A DNA stretch of 64,000 nt, taken from contig MCFE01000040.1 of assembly GCA_002104905.1 (NCBI GenBank), forward strand, positions 124,001 through 188,000, written 5' to 3'. How positions within the stretch are numbered: position 1 is the first letter of the stretch; every line of letters starts with the position of its first letter. This DNA is from Basidiobolus meristosporus CBS 931.73. Its lineage: Eukaryota > Fungi > Basidiobolomycota. Made by a program: the position numbers and the translations under genes. This document shows, one piece after another, positions 50,932 to 63,111 of this stretch. The notes below the pieces were generated by a model, which was not told the origin of the DNA, searched no databases, and worked only from the letters and a program-made list of their open reading frames with translations.

Positions 50932-53900
50932 TTAGCGGTGGACCCTTTCTCCCTGATCTCTGATCCAGATGCAACTCCATCCTTGAGGAGTAAACTCCTC
51001 TCCAGAGTCCCAACGTCTCCAGGCTTCTAAATAACCCTTCTCTAGATTCTTGACCCAGCGAGGAGTGTCAAATAATGGGGAATGGTCTCTCTTGAGGAAC
51101 AATTCGCGACGGAGATCCATCAGGATTCCTCGCCCAACTCTATAAACTGCTGGTGGAGCTTTCTGGTCAACTGTCTCCTGCAAGAGTCCATACGCATGTG
51201 TTTGCAGTGGCTGCACTCCATCATCCACTACAAACTCGTACCTGAGATCCTGTGCATACTTCACCGCCATATCTTCAAATTCCCATTCAGATGAAGCCAC
51301 CATTCGTTCACCATGTCCAGTAGCGTAAGCTATGCTTGCTGCTACTCTAGAGCAGAGTTTGTGACGATGTCGGGGGAACGTCAGGATTGGCGTACCAGAC
51401 CATAAAATATCACATCCAGTCGTATGACCATTACACTCTGGTGTATCGAGAAACAGATCTGCCACACGTCCTCGATGAATGTGTACATTTTTAGGAGCCA
51501 CATCAGTGAAGATAACTCGTGACGCGACCTCCTTCCCTGCATATTCCTCAGCAGTGCGAATCAAATGAGCTTCGCCGGCAGCGGGAAATCTCAGCAACCA
51601 AAGTATCGAGTTCGGCACCCGAGACAATATTCTGAGCCAGACCTTGAATATGGATGGGTCGATCTTGTAAAGCTGGTTGAAGTTGGCGAAAATGACCGTG
51701 TTATCGTGTAAATTGGGGAAGACCTCTCGCCGCATGGTCCAGCGCTTTTTTTGCTCTTGTTTCCACAAATGTTCGGGATTTATATTGTTGGCGGCAGCAT
51801 CGTATTCATCGTCCCTAAACCCTTGTCGGTGGTCATTTACAAAATACGAGTGCGGCATATATATCATCTTTTCAGTGTAAACCCACTCCTCACTAACTTC
51901 TTCGGGGTCCATGTCACCAACGGAGATGCCCTCAGGCTCCTCAGTATCGTGATTGTTGTACTGGGAATTGCTATCATACTCAAGCATCTCACTTTCACGG
52001 CTGTTGATTTTGTTGTGCATTCTCCAGCGCTCGCAGGCCACCAGTTCTGGAGGACAAACAATTGGATCTGAAATCAAGTAATCGCACCATCCAGCACCTA
52101 AGCTTCCAGCAAATCCCATATATGCCATAAGAATCGGTGCAGGCCTGGCTGCAAAAACCTCATTACGAGCACCTTTGGTATAACCGTTTAAATTGATCAA
52201 AATATGAATGCCGTCCTGAACAATGCGCTCGACTATAGCTTGTGTTGACCAGGTGGATACATCCAAAAATACCTGAGCCTCACGCTCGATTTTGGCGCGA
52301 TAGGGAGATTGGTCATTTGGCGTAGTTGCGTAGCAATAAACGGCGAATTGACTGTGATCGTGTAGCCCGAACACCGATTGCATTAAATGGGATAGCGGAT
52401 GGTTGTTGAAGTCGGAGGATACGTATCCGATTTTGATTAAAGGCGAGGGCGGTGGTGGAGGAGGATAAACGGTGGCTGGTAGCCAAGCAGAGCTCAGAAC
52501 GCTGTGTGAGATCCGAATGGCATTGCGGTGAGATATCAGGCGTATTTGGCGTGGAGACAGTGGATAGGTAAATGTATGGAATGGAAGGACGGTTGGAACA
52601 GGTGGAGAGCTCATCAGAGGAAGAGTAGGCCTCTGGTACTTGACTGCTATCTCGTTGGGGTTGTTGATGTGGCCATATTTGTATTGATCCACATACCAGC
52701 GTCGTTGGATGATCCTCATGCAACGCTCAATGATGCGTATAGCCCAGCCACCTTCGTTTCGACTGCACGATTCAGAGCTGCATTTCCTGCGAGACAATTT
52801 GCTCTCAGCGGTGTTCATCGAAAAGATCCAGTCAATAACTTTTGATCGAAACGCTGGTGTGAGGTGATTGATCCCAAAAGCATTCGAGATCAAGTTGACA
52901 AAGGTCTCCGAGACGCTATTCTGATGGATGACATTTCCACGTCCCCACTCCATGCCCTCTACTAGTTGCTTGTCAACTATCAAATCAACCTTCTCCATCA
53001 TCCAGCCAGAAGGGTCGGTGGGCCCCTTTTTCGTTGATCGAACAAGCACTCCGTCTCCCCCTTTCTCGAGCTCCACCACGCAGTTCATCGGACCTCCACG
53101 GCCTCTCCAATCGCAAATCCCACCTAGTGCATTGACTAGGCCGCAAATAGCCTCCCCAAAATCGGGGTTGACTTCTACTGCACGCATGTACCATTGGATG
53201 CTGTCTTGCACTCTTCCCATGTCTTTGATTGCATTACCCAAGTTTGCAAGAGCAATATCAAACCTGGGGTTGCTCTCCACAGCCTTTTCGTACATATGAA
53301 CAGCATCCTGTAGGCGACCCATATCTTTGAGTAGAGATCCCAAGTTGGTATACAGGTGTGGGTGATGCGCATCTAGCGACAACCCATATGTATAGTACCG
53401 ATATGCCAAGGCAGGTCCGGTCATCGGCATGGAGCAATTTGGCACCGTTACAGGGGTGCCAACTGTACTAAGCAAGATTCCAAGATTGTTACATGTCGAA
53501 GGCGAAGGGTGAAGCGATAAAGACAAATAGTATATAGGAAGCAGCAACTGCAATGGTGTAGAGCTACCGCTATCCTGGTACAGCTTGGCCAGTGTAAGCA
53601 AAATATTGGAACACGTCTGATTGATTTGCTGAATGCTTGTACTTGAGGGTACATAGCTGGATGATCTCTTGTCGTCCACATCTGTGAGACCCGGGAGTAT
53701 GCCGTCCGTTTTGGAAAAGAGCGAAACGCATAACTGACCGGCTTGTTCGGGTGTTAACAATATCATTGGGAGGTTGGCAATATTTTCGTTGCCATTGCTG
53801 GAAATCCCCGTAATCTGCGCTATCAATAAGATAACCTCGGTTAAGCTGCTTCCGCCAAAAACAACCTCTAGCGCGCGCTCATATTCATGCTTGGCTCCGA

Positions 53901-56007
53901 CGTAATCCCCCATGGCGTAGAGCAGGTTCCCCTTAGTATACAGTAGATTTTGAACCCGCGGTGTGTGAACAATGGCAATGCCCAAATTTTTGGGAGATAA
54001 TGAACCACTGTGGTTGATTTTCGAAATAACATGGGATTCGACGAATTTACAAACTTCCATAGCTTCACTGTACCGGGGCTGTTTGTTGATTCCGGTGTGT
54101 GGGTCTTTGATATTTTGACTACAAAGTACCCCAAGAAGATTTTCTACCGCATCCCAGTACCCAGGTCGAAGTCTAATAGCGCGCCACCACCAGTTTTCAG
54201 CCTCTGTACAGCGCCCTATGCTTCTTAGAGTGGTTCCGATGTTGCTCATCGCCTCAACGTAATTCGAATCAATCTCAAGAATCTTTGAGTTGTAGTAAAG
54301 CGATTTTCCGGCATCATCTCGGGAGAAGTAGACACATGCCATTAGCAAAAGCGTAGGGAGGTGTCGCGGGTGTAACTCGTGTAAACAATGAAGCAGTGGG
54401 AGTAGATTTGTATCCTTTGGTGCCGACGAGTAAAGATTGTGAGCATGCGTAAGAATCTGATCACGTACTTTCTCTATTCTAGCATCATTGATGCATATAG
54501 AAGTACCAGGGACTACATGCGGAATATGGCTGTTGATCAAGCTTGGATAAGAATGTGGCGTATTCGAGGTCCCGGAGAAATGAGGATGGTGACTGCTGAG
54601 GGGGGCCGGCAGGTCGTATTGATTCCTATTATGAAGGCCTGTTGCAAAATGGCTTCCATTTGGACAATTGAAATCGAACGAACTCGCAAGCTGGGGGTGG
54701 TTGGTTCGAAGTTGCAATATTTGGCTATGCTCATGGGGCCCATTTGATTTCAACTGCACCCCGTGGCCTCCGATGTGTGCTTTTTCGCCCGCGTGATTGT
54801 TGAATTGATTTCGAGTATTGTTGTAATCTACTCCATGCAAGGGCCCAACATGGTGTTGCTGATGGAATGGAACATTCACTTGGCGGGGATATCCAAATCG
54901 AGGATTTTCGGCCGGATGACTGGAATTATACGATCTTCCAATGATTTGCTCGCTTGGGTGAAAAAAATTCGAGTTCGGTTGAAATGCAAGTTGATGGCTA
55001 TCATTGAAGTTAAAATGCCCAGGATCCTGTTGATAGTAAAGAAGGATTGTCGGAGAAGGAGGTGGGAGCATCATGTGCTGGAATGACTGTGCTTGACCGC
55101 CGTTTTTTGGTCGAGATGGCGGATCGCTTAAACCGTTGGCGTTAGGTGCAGTAAATAACATACTAGTATTGACCCATGGATCAACAAGGTTTGCAGCAGT
55201 GGCCATGAAATGGCCATAATCTTCAAACCTGTTGCCAGAGTTGTAAGGGGGTAGAACTTCGGTGTGAAATTGATTTGCGAAAGAGGGTCCAGGAGCGAAT
55301 TTTCCGTGCGCAGGCTCGCTCTGCTCTCTGATTGACAAATCGCGTAGATTTAGACTTCCTTGAAAAAATTGTTGGTCCGGAAGTTCGTTATGAACGCTGT
55401 CTGGGTTTTTGGTATGGCCTACTGTCTGATATCCTTCTGAGCCGGCGCCGAAAAAGAGTTTCTTTGGGGGTGGAGGTGGCGAAATACATTCAAAATCTAC
55501 TAAGGTACTGGTTGGTCGGGAAGAATATGGATCTTTACGATCCTTCCAGGTTTGTTGTGGAACATTGAAGCTATTATTGTAATGCCGGTCTTTCATGGAG
55601 TACGTCCAAGCAGACTGATTATCGGTGGCTAAACTTGTGCCTGCAGAGTTTCCACCATCGAGTTGTGATTTGAAGTATGGGCCACTTGTACTGAATAGGC
55701 CTTCACCGGTATTTGTGTCCATATGCATATTATTACCCTGCTGAGCAAAGCCGTTCTGGGCCGAAATAGAGGTCTGAGCCGCAGCTTTATCGTGGAAATG
55801 ATTGTATGTTCTTTGGCCAAATCTTGGGACGTCCGTCGTGCTTGTGGAACCGCTGAACGGGAAACTTAATCTGCTTTGATCAACGGAGTTTCGAGGTGCA
55901 GTTACTTTTCTCGAACTGGCCACTCTATCCACAGTAGGATGAGGCGGTGTTCTTTGGTTTGAGTTGTGGGCTAAAAAGCTAGCGAAGTTATTTTGCTGAA
56001 CTAGCAT
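50932..56007 (-). CDS. OGT: O-GlcNAc transferase (GT41, OGT/SEC type), 1691 aa, single exon
   Basis: TPRs (EAMSNIGTTL, LYTNLGSLLKDMG, ALANLGNAIKDMG); GYVSSDFNNHPLSHLM; NLNGYTKGARNEVFAARPAP; NFNQLYKIDP; LFLDTPECNGHTTGCDILWSG. Confidence 0.96.
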   Translation of the reverse strand: MLVQQNNFASFLAHNSNQRTPPHPTVDRVASSRKVTAPRNSVDQSRLSFPFSGSTSTTDVPRFGQRTYNHFHDKAAAQTSISAQNGFAQQGNNMHMDTNTGEGLFSTSGPYFKSQLDGGNSAGTSLATDNQSAWTYSMKDRHYNNSFNVPQQTWKDRKDPYSSRPTSTLVDFECISPPPPPKKLFFGAGSEGYQTVGHTKNPDSVHNELPDQQFFQGSLNLRDLSIREQSEPAHGKFAPGPSFANQFHTEVLPPYNSGNRFEDYGHFMATAANLVDPWVNTSMLFTAPNANGLSDPPSRPKNGGQAQSFQHMMLPPPSPTILLYYQQDPGHFNFNDSHQLAFQPNSNFFHPSEQIIGRSYNSSHPAENPRFGYPRQVNVPFHQQHHVGPLHGVDYNNTRNQFNNHAGEKAHIGGHGVQLKSNGPHEHSQILQLRTNHPQLASSFDFNCPNGSHFATGLHNRNQYDLPAPLSSHHPHFSGTSNTPHSYPSLINSHIPHVVPGTSICINDARIEKVRDQILTHAHNLYSSAPKDTNLLPLLHCLHELHPRHLPTLLLMACVYFSRDDAGKSLYYNSKILEIDSNYVEAMSNIGTTLRSIGRCTEAENWWWRAIRLRPGYWDAVENLLGVLCSQNIKDPHTGINKQPRYSEAMEVCKFVESHVISKINHSGSLSPKNLGIAIVHTPRVQNLLYTKGNLLYAMGDYVGAKHEYERALEVVFGGSSLTEVILLIAQITGISSNGNENIANLPMILLTPEQAGQLCVSLFSKTDGILPGLTDVDDKRSSSYVPSSTSIQQINQTCSNILLTLAKLYQDSGSSTPLQLLLPIYYLSLSLHPSPSTCNNLGILLSTVGTPVTVPNCSMPMTGPALAYRYYTYGLSLDAHHPHLYTNLGSLLKDMGRLQDAVHMYEKAVESNPRFDIALANLGNAIKDMGRVQDSIQWYMRAVEVNPDFGEAICGLVNALGGICDWRGRGGPMNCVVELEKGGDGVLVRSTKKGPTDPSGWMMEKVDLIVDKQLVEGMEWGRGNVIHQNSVSETFVNLISNAFGINHLTPAFRSKVIDWIFSMNTAESKLSRRKCSSESCSRNEGGWAIRIIERCMRIIQRRWYVDQYKYGHINNPNEIAVKYQRPTLPLMSSPPVPTVLPFHTFTYPLSPRQIRLISHRNAIRISHSVLSSAWLPATVYPPPPPPSPLIKIGYVSSDFNNHPLSHLMQSVFGLHDHSQFAVYCYATTPNDQSPYRAKIEREAQVFLDVSTWSTQAIVERIVQDGIHILINLNGYTKGARNEVFAARPAPILMAYMGFAGSLGAGWCDYLISDPIVCPPELVACERWRMHNKINSRESEMLEYDSNSQYNNHDTEEPEGISVGDMDPEEVSEEWVYTEKMIYMPHSYFVNDHRQGFRDDEYDAAANNINPEHLWKQEQKKRWTMRREVFPNLHDNTVIFANFNQLYKIDPSIFKVWLRILSRVPNSILWLLRFPAAGEAHLIRTAEEYAGKEVASRVIFTDVAPKNVHIHRGRVADLFLDTPECNGHTTGCDILWSGTPILTFPRHRHKLCSRVAASIAYATGHGERMVASSEWEFEDMAVKYAQDLRYEFVVDDGVQPLQTHAYGLLQETVDQKAPPAVYRVGRGILMDLRRELFLKRDHSPLFDTPRWVKNLEKGYLEAWRRWDSGEEFTPQGWSCIWIRDQGERVHR

Positions 56008-56577
56008 ATCACGTTAATCTTGATTTCGAGAAATAGGGCGTGTTGAATATATATATCTCGAGAGCGACAGTAAGCTTCGCGTCAACTCAAGTTTCTCTAA
56101 GAGGTATTGTACGAGGTCGGAAATGTGCAAACGGGCGTGCAGAAAGTCTAATAGTCCAAAACAAGGACAGGAAAATGAAGCTGTATATGTACAAGTATAA
56201 AACAAGGAGCGGTAACCTCAGTAGGTACTCAAGATTCACAAGTCGCTTTCTGTACAATGATTTGTGAAAGCTGACCGATTAATAGATATCCGTTTGGAAG
56301 TAAGTCTAAGCGTTGAAATTCAAAACATACAGTCCGTTAGAAAAAAAAAAGCATACACCCCAGAGAACCGAAGTTAAAACTGAATACCTATCAGCCTATA
56401 ATATTGACTACTCTGCGTCTAACAGGTCGTTTATAGTAGTAACTGGTATTTTCCTTAACGATATCTTTATCTCCTCAGGTTTTCGTGAAAGGTGCGACAG
56501 GTAAATATATATATATTTAACAATGTTTGTCTTTTGCACCCGAAAAGAAATTTATGAGGTCATTAAACGGAATGGAT

Positions 56578-56595
56578 ATATATATATATATATAT
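56578..56595. repeat. (AT)n microsatellite, with a second short tract near 56503-56516
   Basis: Directly visible tatatatata runs upstream of OGT. Confidence 0.85.
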
Positions 56596-59500
56596 CGAAA
56601 AATCAAGAGGATGATGAGATTTCACCTAATATATAACAATAGCTGGGCTTTTGTCACTACAGAGATACCAACGGATAAAGTGATCTCCTCCATACAAATA
56701 TAAATCAAGCAATATCGTAGGGACCCGAGGTGAATATATTTGAATGATAAGTAAATGGAAATCTCGCGGATTCCATATTGCAGTAAAACCAATAAGAAAG
56801 AAGAGCGAGGAATGTTTCGCAAATAGCTATACGTGTATGAATCGAAGAAAAAGTTGAAAAAGGAAACCCATTTGATATTTAGAGCGTCAGGAGAACAAAC
56901 ATGCACCTTAATCTGATTTGTTCTGGTAAACCATCATTGTCTTTGAGCCAAAGTATGCAGCACTCATTACACCTGAATACCCTAAACCTGTATGGATGAG
57001 AGCAGTGAAACTCAATCCCTCCAAGAAGGCAACAGCGATATGCATTCAGTGTAATAGGATCAACCATCAGAGAAATCTCTGACATGGCTATTTCGCGTAT
57101 GTGATGGGTATTTCAATCGATACTTTGCTCACCTAATATAGTTTTTAACGTGTCGGAAGCGGTTGCCTGAGGCATGTAGTTATAGGCGGATGACATGAAG
57201 AGCCCCGATCATGCCCAAATCAAGCATTACGGATTGCTTGATTATTCCTGCCCATAAGCTGCAGGTTCTGCTCGGATGGCTACTCCGCCCCGGCTTGACA
57301 TGAGATGACGTTCTGATAGTGGTGCTGATTTCCCAATGAGCACGCCCTGCTGCGCAAAGAGTGTTATGAATCAACAGAACACAACAGGCAGCCCCTTATC
57401 TGTCTTACAGAGGCTGTAATAGAACCTATGCAATTTAGTAGCCCGCAGCATTTACTTTGATAATTCAATTGATTACCATTCCAAGGGTAACAGGCGTACG
57501 GAACCGCATCGTACAAGAGTTACGATGCCGATGAAAGGTTTGCGAGGCTATATGGCCTGTATTATTACGAAAGCATACGCATACCCAATCTAACCTAAAT
57601 TGCTGATCCAGATGCTGACGGCTGCCTGCACAGGCGTTGGAAGGAAACTGAAGGAACATTCAACTGCGCTGCTGTATCTTGTATTGTTTTCGTGTTTATT
57701 TTTAGATTTTTCGGTCTTCGCTAATATGCGTTGAAAATACCAATTGGTAAGTGTGTTGACGGTGTGATGATTCGACCAGAACTATGTGACGATGTGTATT
57801 GTGTAAATATAGCCATGGTCATCGTTTGGGCTTGGAGAGTTGACTACAGCATTGTATAATATTTCGTAGATAAATGGTATATTTCATGACCACTATTATA
57901 TGCCAGCCAAGTATGAAACTCTCTGCTAGACTCGCTGCTTTCAGTATAGCTGACCATCCGAGTAATAGATTTACCTTGAATCCTTCCAAGAAGGGCAGTT
58001 TGTCGTCACAATACTGAGATCTCTGTCTTCTGTAAGCTGAGTGAGCATTGGCATAAGTATGGAATCGTCTTTACTCCTTTTTACCGGAGTACACTACTAC
58101 CAAAAATACACAGATATTGGTCCTAATACCATGTTAAGTCTGCGGTCGCAATTGTCTGAATTAGATTCCAGAATATTCGCATCTGTAATGTGAAATATTT
58201 AGAAATTAGCAAAGTCAATAGAAGAATGCCTTCTTTAATTAGGCTAATCAGTTGCTGAAGCATCCCTGGAATTAGGGGTCTCGTGTTTTAGATATTTCAG
58301 CAAATACTTTTAGCCAGAGCAAAAAGATCTGGGTATTCCTTGATTCTGCATTCATTGAAAAGTCCAGTCCAATGATCACATGACCATGAGCTCAGGGGTT
58401 TATTTCTTGATGCCAATGTGGGTGACCATTTCTCAAGAAGCAGATGATTCGTGTATTCATAAGGGATCATGTAGAGATTAGTCCTCAACAACAAGCGCAT
58501 CCCAGCAATCTCTACTCCGTGGATTGCCGCTAGAAAGCCTTTATGCTCCCGTGAGTGACCTCTACCTGTTAATATGATGAAAGAATTCTGTAGAGATCTG
58601 GCTCATTGGATACTGCCTTTAGGTAAATTCGATCACGTTCTCCACATGGTCATGTTACCTTTGCAAAGGTCCAGGCAGTTGCAATGTCTCGTGGTATGTA
58701 GTGCTCATAAGCCATCCCTTCCGATTGCCCGTACACTGATAATAGCTGCAATGGTTTAGTCATATCTTAAACCATTTTGATTAGCCAAAAATAATATTCA
58801 TTTATCAATAGTCGAGTAAATGGGCAAAACGAAGATCATTTGCAATGATCTACATATTTGTGGAGATCGTAGCCATATGATATTTCAACTTCACAACCCA
58901 CCCTTCTAATAGGTTTGATCGCCTAAACCTTAAAATCATCGATAATGGCATTACTCTCCAAATCTCCACACAATACTGTTGCTAATCTTGTGCACAAAAT
59001 ACCCTGCAACTGGTTCAACCATAGAATAATTTAATAAAGTGGGCTAAATAGCCAGAATGATTGGGCTGCCGACTGAGTTGAAATATCAAGTTCCACCTGA
59101 TTTACAGGAACATCATTTTACATGGTGATTTGGAGTTCAATGAGCTTCTTAAATTAATATTCTCATTATGACATAGCCACCTATGTTCAAAGCCAATCAA
59201 CGAACCGATGCTATCCAAATGGGATTTAATGTTCAAAGGAACCTTCCATTTGGCAAACTTTGGTGATTGATTCTCAGAATTGCCCATAATATCCTTGCGC
59301 CAATAAATATTTTATGGATAAACAAAATTTCTGATGTGCCACAATTCTTGGCCTTTACTTTCTGAGAATATCTCCTTGGCAGTGTAATATTAGCCTATTT
59401 TTCCGTTAAATCATCCTATGTCCGAGTAAAAGGGGCTTTTCATATGGATTTTATGCAAGTAATTACCGGTAAGTATGGTTGGTGGAGGATTGTAAAGGCG

Positions 59501-59769
59501 GACAAACCATGATGCTCGGTTAAATTGGCTGATGCTGATTTTCTCACTTTATATGGTAGTTGATGCTTCAATATATCTGGAAAACTAGTGGACTGCTTGA
59601 TTCTTGATTGTTAGGCAATGGTGAGAAAGCTTCACTTATTCTTAGGATGTATAAAAGGGCGGAGTAGTTCCGTAGTTGTTGTTCCCTATTCCTTCTCACT
59701 AGACTATATTTTGATAGAACTCTTGTTCGGTTCACCTCAAGAAGAATAGTCTTTTACTTGCTCCCAATA

Positions 59770-59973
59770 ATGAATGATGAAAGCCTTGCCAAAACGGTGA
59801 AATTCTCTCGATTCGTGAAAGTATGTGAAACGCATGGTAGAGAAGCCTATGACCGGACACCTATCTTGCCGATGAGACGAGCGTGCCATATGATCGAAAA
59901 GTATCATTACCCGACGTCCCCTAGTCAGATTATAGAATCCAAACGCGTGGGCCAAAGCCAATGGCTAATGTAG
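59770..59973 (+). CDS. Candidate 67-aa microprotein with an RVxF + YDR PP1-docking-like motif
   Basis: MNDESLAKTVKFSRFVKVCETHGREAYDRTPILP...; the motif arrangement resembles Bni4/neurabin-type PP1-binding segments. Expression is unknown. Confidence 0.4.
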   Translation: MNDESLAKTVKFSRFVKVCETHGREAYDRTPILPMRRACHMIEKYHYPTSPSQIIESKRVGQSQWLM

Positions 59974-61619
59974 CCATTCCTTACGGGCATCAGGAAGAAA
60001 GGCCAGCTTTCACAAAATGTTACTGTCCCACACGCATTATTATATATTCGTTGTAAATAGTTGCTCGTGGAGACACGACCACATTACATACAAATCCATC
60101 CTGTTACATATGGCCGAATTTTGAGAGTTATTTTTGTAAAACCATTTCGTGTAAAATAACCAAGACATAAACTCTAAAGCATTAAGATTTTGGATTCGAA
60201 TATACATACATATATGTACCACAGACCCAGAGACGCTTGAGCTACTCAACCCTACCGCAGTATTGGTGCAGTTGCAAGGTTGTTAAATATCGGTTCCCAA
60301 TCGTTACTTGACCGTGCCAGGTTTCTTATCAATACAGATTAACTTTTGTAAGAAGCTTGCTTTACAGGCGACCTTAAGGGAAACTCGAGTATGCTTATTG
60401 AAACAGGCGCTAGCAGTACCATTCCAACCTCGGATCAGGTGGTCAAGGGTAGCGAGCGTCTCCTCCGCCATGCTAAGCTTACATTGATGGAGTCCATCAG
60501 TGGTTGCAAGTAGTCCTAAAGTTATTGCGTCATGGATTTGCTGGTTTATTTTGCTCAATGTCGCCTATAACCTGATGGGCTAATTTCGATAAAAGGTGGT
60601 GTTTTAATATGCACCACACCAAGTATGCAATTTGCTGATTTATTGTAATTGGTACTTGCGTGAAATAGAGTTGATATGACTATTGTGAGTGCTTGATGTT
60701 ACTTGTGTATCACAATATTGTACAAATCAGGCGCACAGAATAATAGTTGGTCCTACCTCACATGGTGCATGAGGAGGTTGAGGGCTTTGCAATCAATAAC
60801 TTACTCAAGCGGACTAATCATTCAGCTAAAACGGTTTTATTGCCGCAATACAAACTTCGGAAGATTCACGAACCTAAATTCTGCATCGTATGGTCTGTCA
60901 CAAAGCCCAATAGCTCAGCTTGAGGAGCACCCAAGCTTTATCAGAATACAGTTTATCATTCAAAGCCGTGATAGGCACGAATCAATCGGGAGTCAGGCCT
61001 CTGGTCGAGCTCTGGGAGCACCTTTCTATGTTATTTTTGCCATTTTCTTCATAACGTACCTGACAAGTGAGCGCAGCTGGCCAAGAATGTGATTTACATC
61101 AACAAGATACTCCAGAGTATAATCAATGCACTCTTCAAATATCCATCTCCGACTATGCCTCGAAGGTAAGCGCTTTCATTGGGGGTTATGTGGGGTGTAT
61201 TGATGTTATTGTCACGAGCATGGCATACATTATCCGTATTTTCTGTCGAGTTGCAATACCTTTATCGAGTTGGAGTCGAGTAAATGGGAGCTCTCATAAC
61301 AATCCAATGCTTAAGGAAAATGCTATAATGTGTTTAGGGTATCAAATCAAATATATTATCCTACTCCTTGTTTTCAATCTATTCCATAATCAACAAATAT
61401 CGCGGGTTTCTATACCACTTATTGTTTCGGAAATCATGCGAAACAAAGTAAACCCAACTGATTGTAAAACCTTAAGCATACTTATGCAAGTAAAGTAATT
61501 AGCTTCGAGTGGGAAGCCTTGCTTGGCACTTACAAGTATATAAATCGATTGCCTCTGACCTGATCATATTAAATCCCTACACTACTTGGCGTGTGCGATA
61601 CTGGATCTCGGTTAACGAC

Positions 61620-62027
61620 ATGACAACCATGCCTCAAGAGAAGACTTTCTTTGAAGAAGAGGATGCCTCTATAATAGAGGATTTCGATTCAGGAATCGAG
61701 TCACTCACCGAAGTCGAATCCATCACAACCAGTATGAAGTTGGAGTATGAGGAGGGTTTCTGTGACAAAAATTCGTTGTTATATTGGGATATCGATGTTA
61801 CTTATCCGTCAGATTTTTACGAAGATGAGAAACGGCTGAGCGATGCATTGAGCTATTTGACTGATGATGATAATCAGTCCTACACCTCAAGCTCGGTAGA
61901 CCTGGAATCCTGTTCGGGCGGGGTAGTATTCGAGAAGAAGCCGACAAAGCTCGGGGGATTAAGGGACAAACTAAAGGGCTCAATTAAAGTATGTAGACGG
62001 AAGTTCAAGGAAACCCATTCGTTTTGA
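61620..62027 (+). CDS. Acidic hypothetical protein (~135 aa) with a basic C-terminus
   Basis: Open frame MTTMPQEKTFFEEEDASIIEDFDSG...SLLYWDIDVTYPSDFYED..., ending in basic KKPTKLGGLRDKLKGSIKVCRRKFK; protein-like composition. Confidence 0.6.
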   Translation: MTTMPQEKTFFEEEDASIIEDFDSGIESLTEVESITTSMKLEYEEGFCDKNSLLYWDIDVTYPSDFYEDEKRLSDALSYLTDDDNQSYTSSSVDLESCSGGVVFEKKPTKLGGLRDKLKGSIKVCRRKFKETHSF

Positions 62028-63111
62028 TTAATCACATTATTATTCTCATCATTATAGCATAGTCTAGGCTTTATACTACATAATGAAAAATGGCTCCTCG
62101 ATGGACAGTACCTTATCGCTCTGGGACATCATAAGATCAAAGCCGCCAAATCGAAAGTCCACCAGCTTAAGAGATATTAAGCTTTCTAAGAGGAGCCCCC
62201 ATTTTTGACCACTAACTCATTTCTTAATTTTCCAACCTGTTTTCCTACCAATGGGTTCATGATGTTTTCATTAGACAAGTGGATTTTAAGGGACTTCTTT
62301 GACTCTGCACCAGATGGCCAGGATCATCTAAAACGCCGTAAATGTTTAGCAGCGTTACTCATACAGTAAGGGTTTTGTGGTGCTCATATCTGTCACCGAT
62401 CACCTCACAAAGTGACAAATATGCCTGATTTTGAATCCTCGGTCTTCCTTACGTTTGTACGAGTAGCCGCATAGATATGTATAGACTCGATAGAATAATA
62501 GACCTTATATTGAACCGTACAATACCTAGCAAGAAATTCCTATAACCTCAAGCGATGATTCCAAATATACAGTCCATCATCTCATACAAGTCGAATCGAT
62601 CTCAAGGAAATAAAATGCCTGTTCAGCCTGATCACACAGAAGCCGGAGAGCATTATCAGGTGCCTATATAATGATATCGTTATTGCCAATAATCTTGGCG
62701 CTTCCCCAGACGCTCCATTCCCCTCACCCCAGTCAAGAACGACCAGAGATTAAGTACCGGAGTTCATGTGTGAAGATCACCATTATAATAAAAGCCATCT
62801 CAATATAAGCAAATTACAAGGAATAACCGGCGCTTCTTATCTAACAGGTGGACCAATGTATCAAAGCCACACCAACAAAAATCAACACCGCAGAGCAGTC
62901 GAACGCATCCTGGTGCTTGTATGTTGCCATAATAGGTCCTTGAGGGTTTACTCGATGTGCATTTAGGACGGATTAATGGTCAAGTATTGAAGATGACATG
63001 CGATATTACCATACAGAGCTTATATACTAGAGGTGTAGCAGTTGGAGGTTTCACGCAGAATTCATTGATATCTGCATGTATAAGGTAGTTGATTTAGGTG
63101 CCAAGGTGCGA

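Noticed and set aside
51082-55568. Numerous plus-strand ORFs antisense to OGT (likewise opposite RPL11, CLPX, NFS1, RIB1)
   Set aside because: Shadow ORFs caused by codon structure on the coding strand; none shows independent protein features.
58297-58500. ORF containing KEYPDLFALAKS, hAT- or LINE-like
   Set aside because: The flanking motifs for either element are absent, so it cannot be assigned.
60304-61170. ORFs at 60304-60558 (-) and 60703-61170 (+) with some splice-like signals
   Set aside because: No ATG start or consistent spliced frame, and no recognisable motif.
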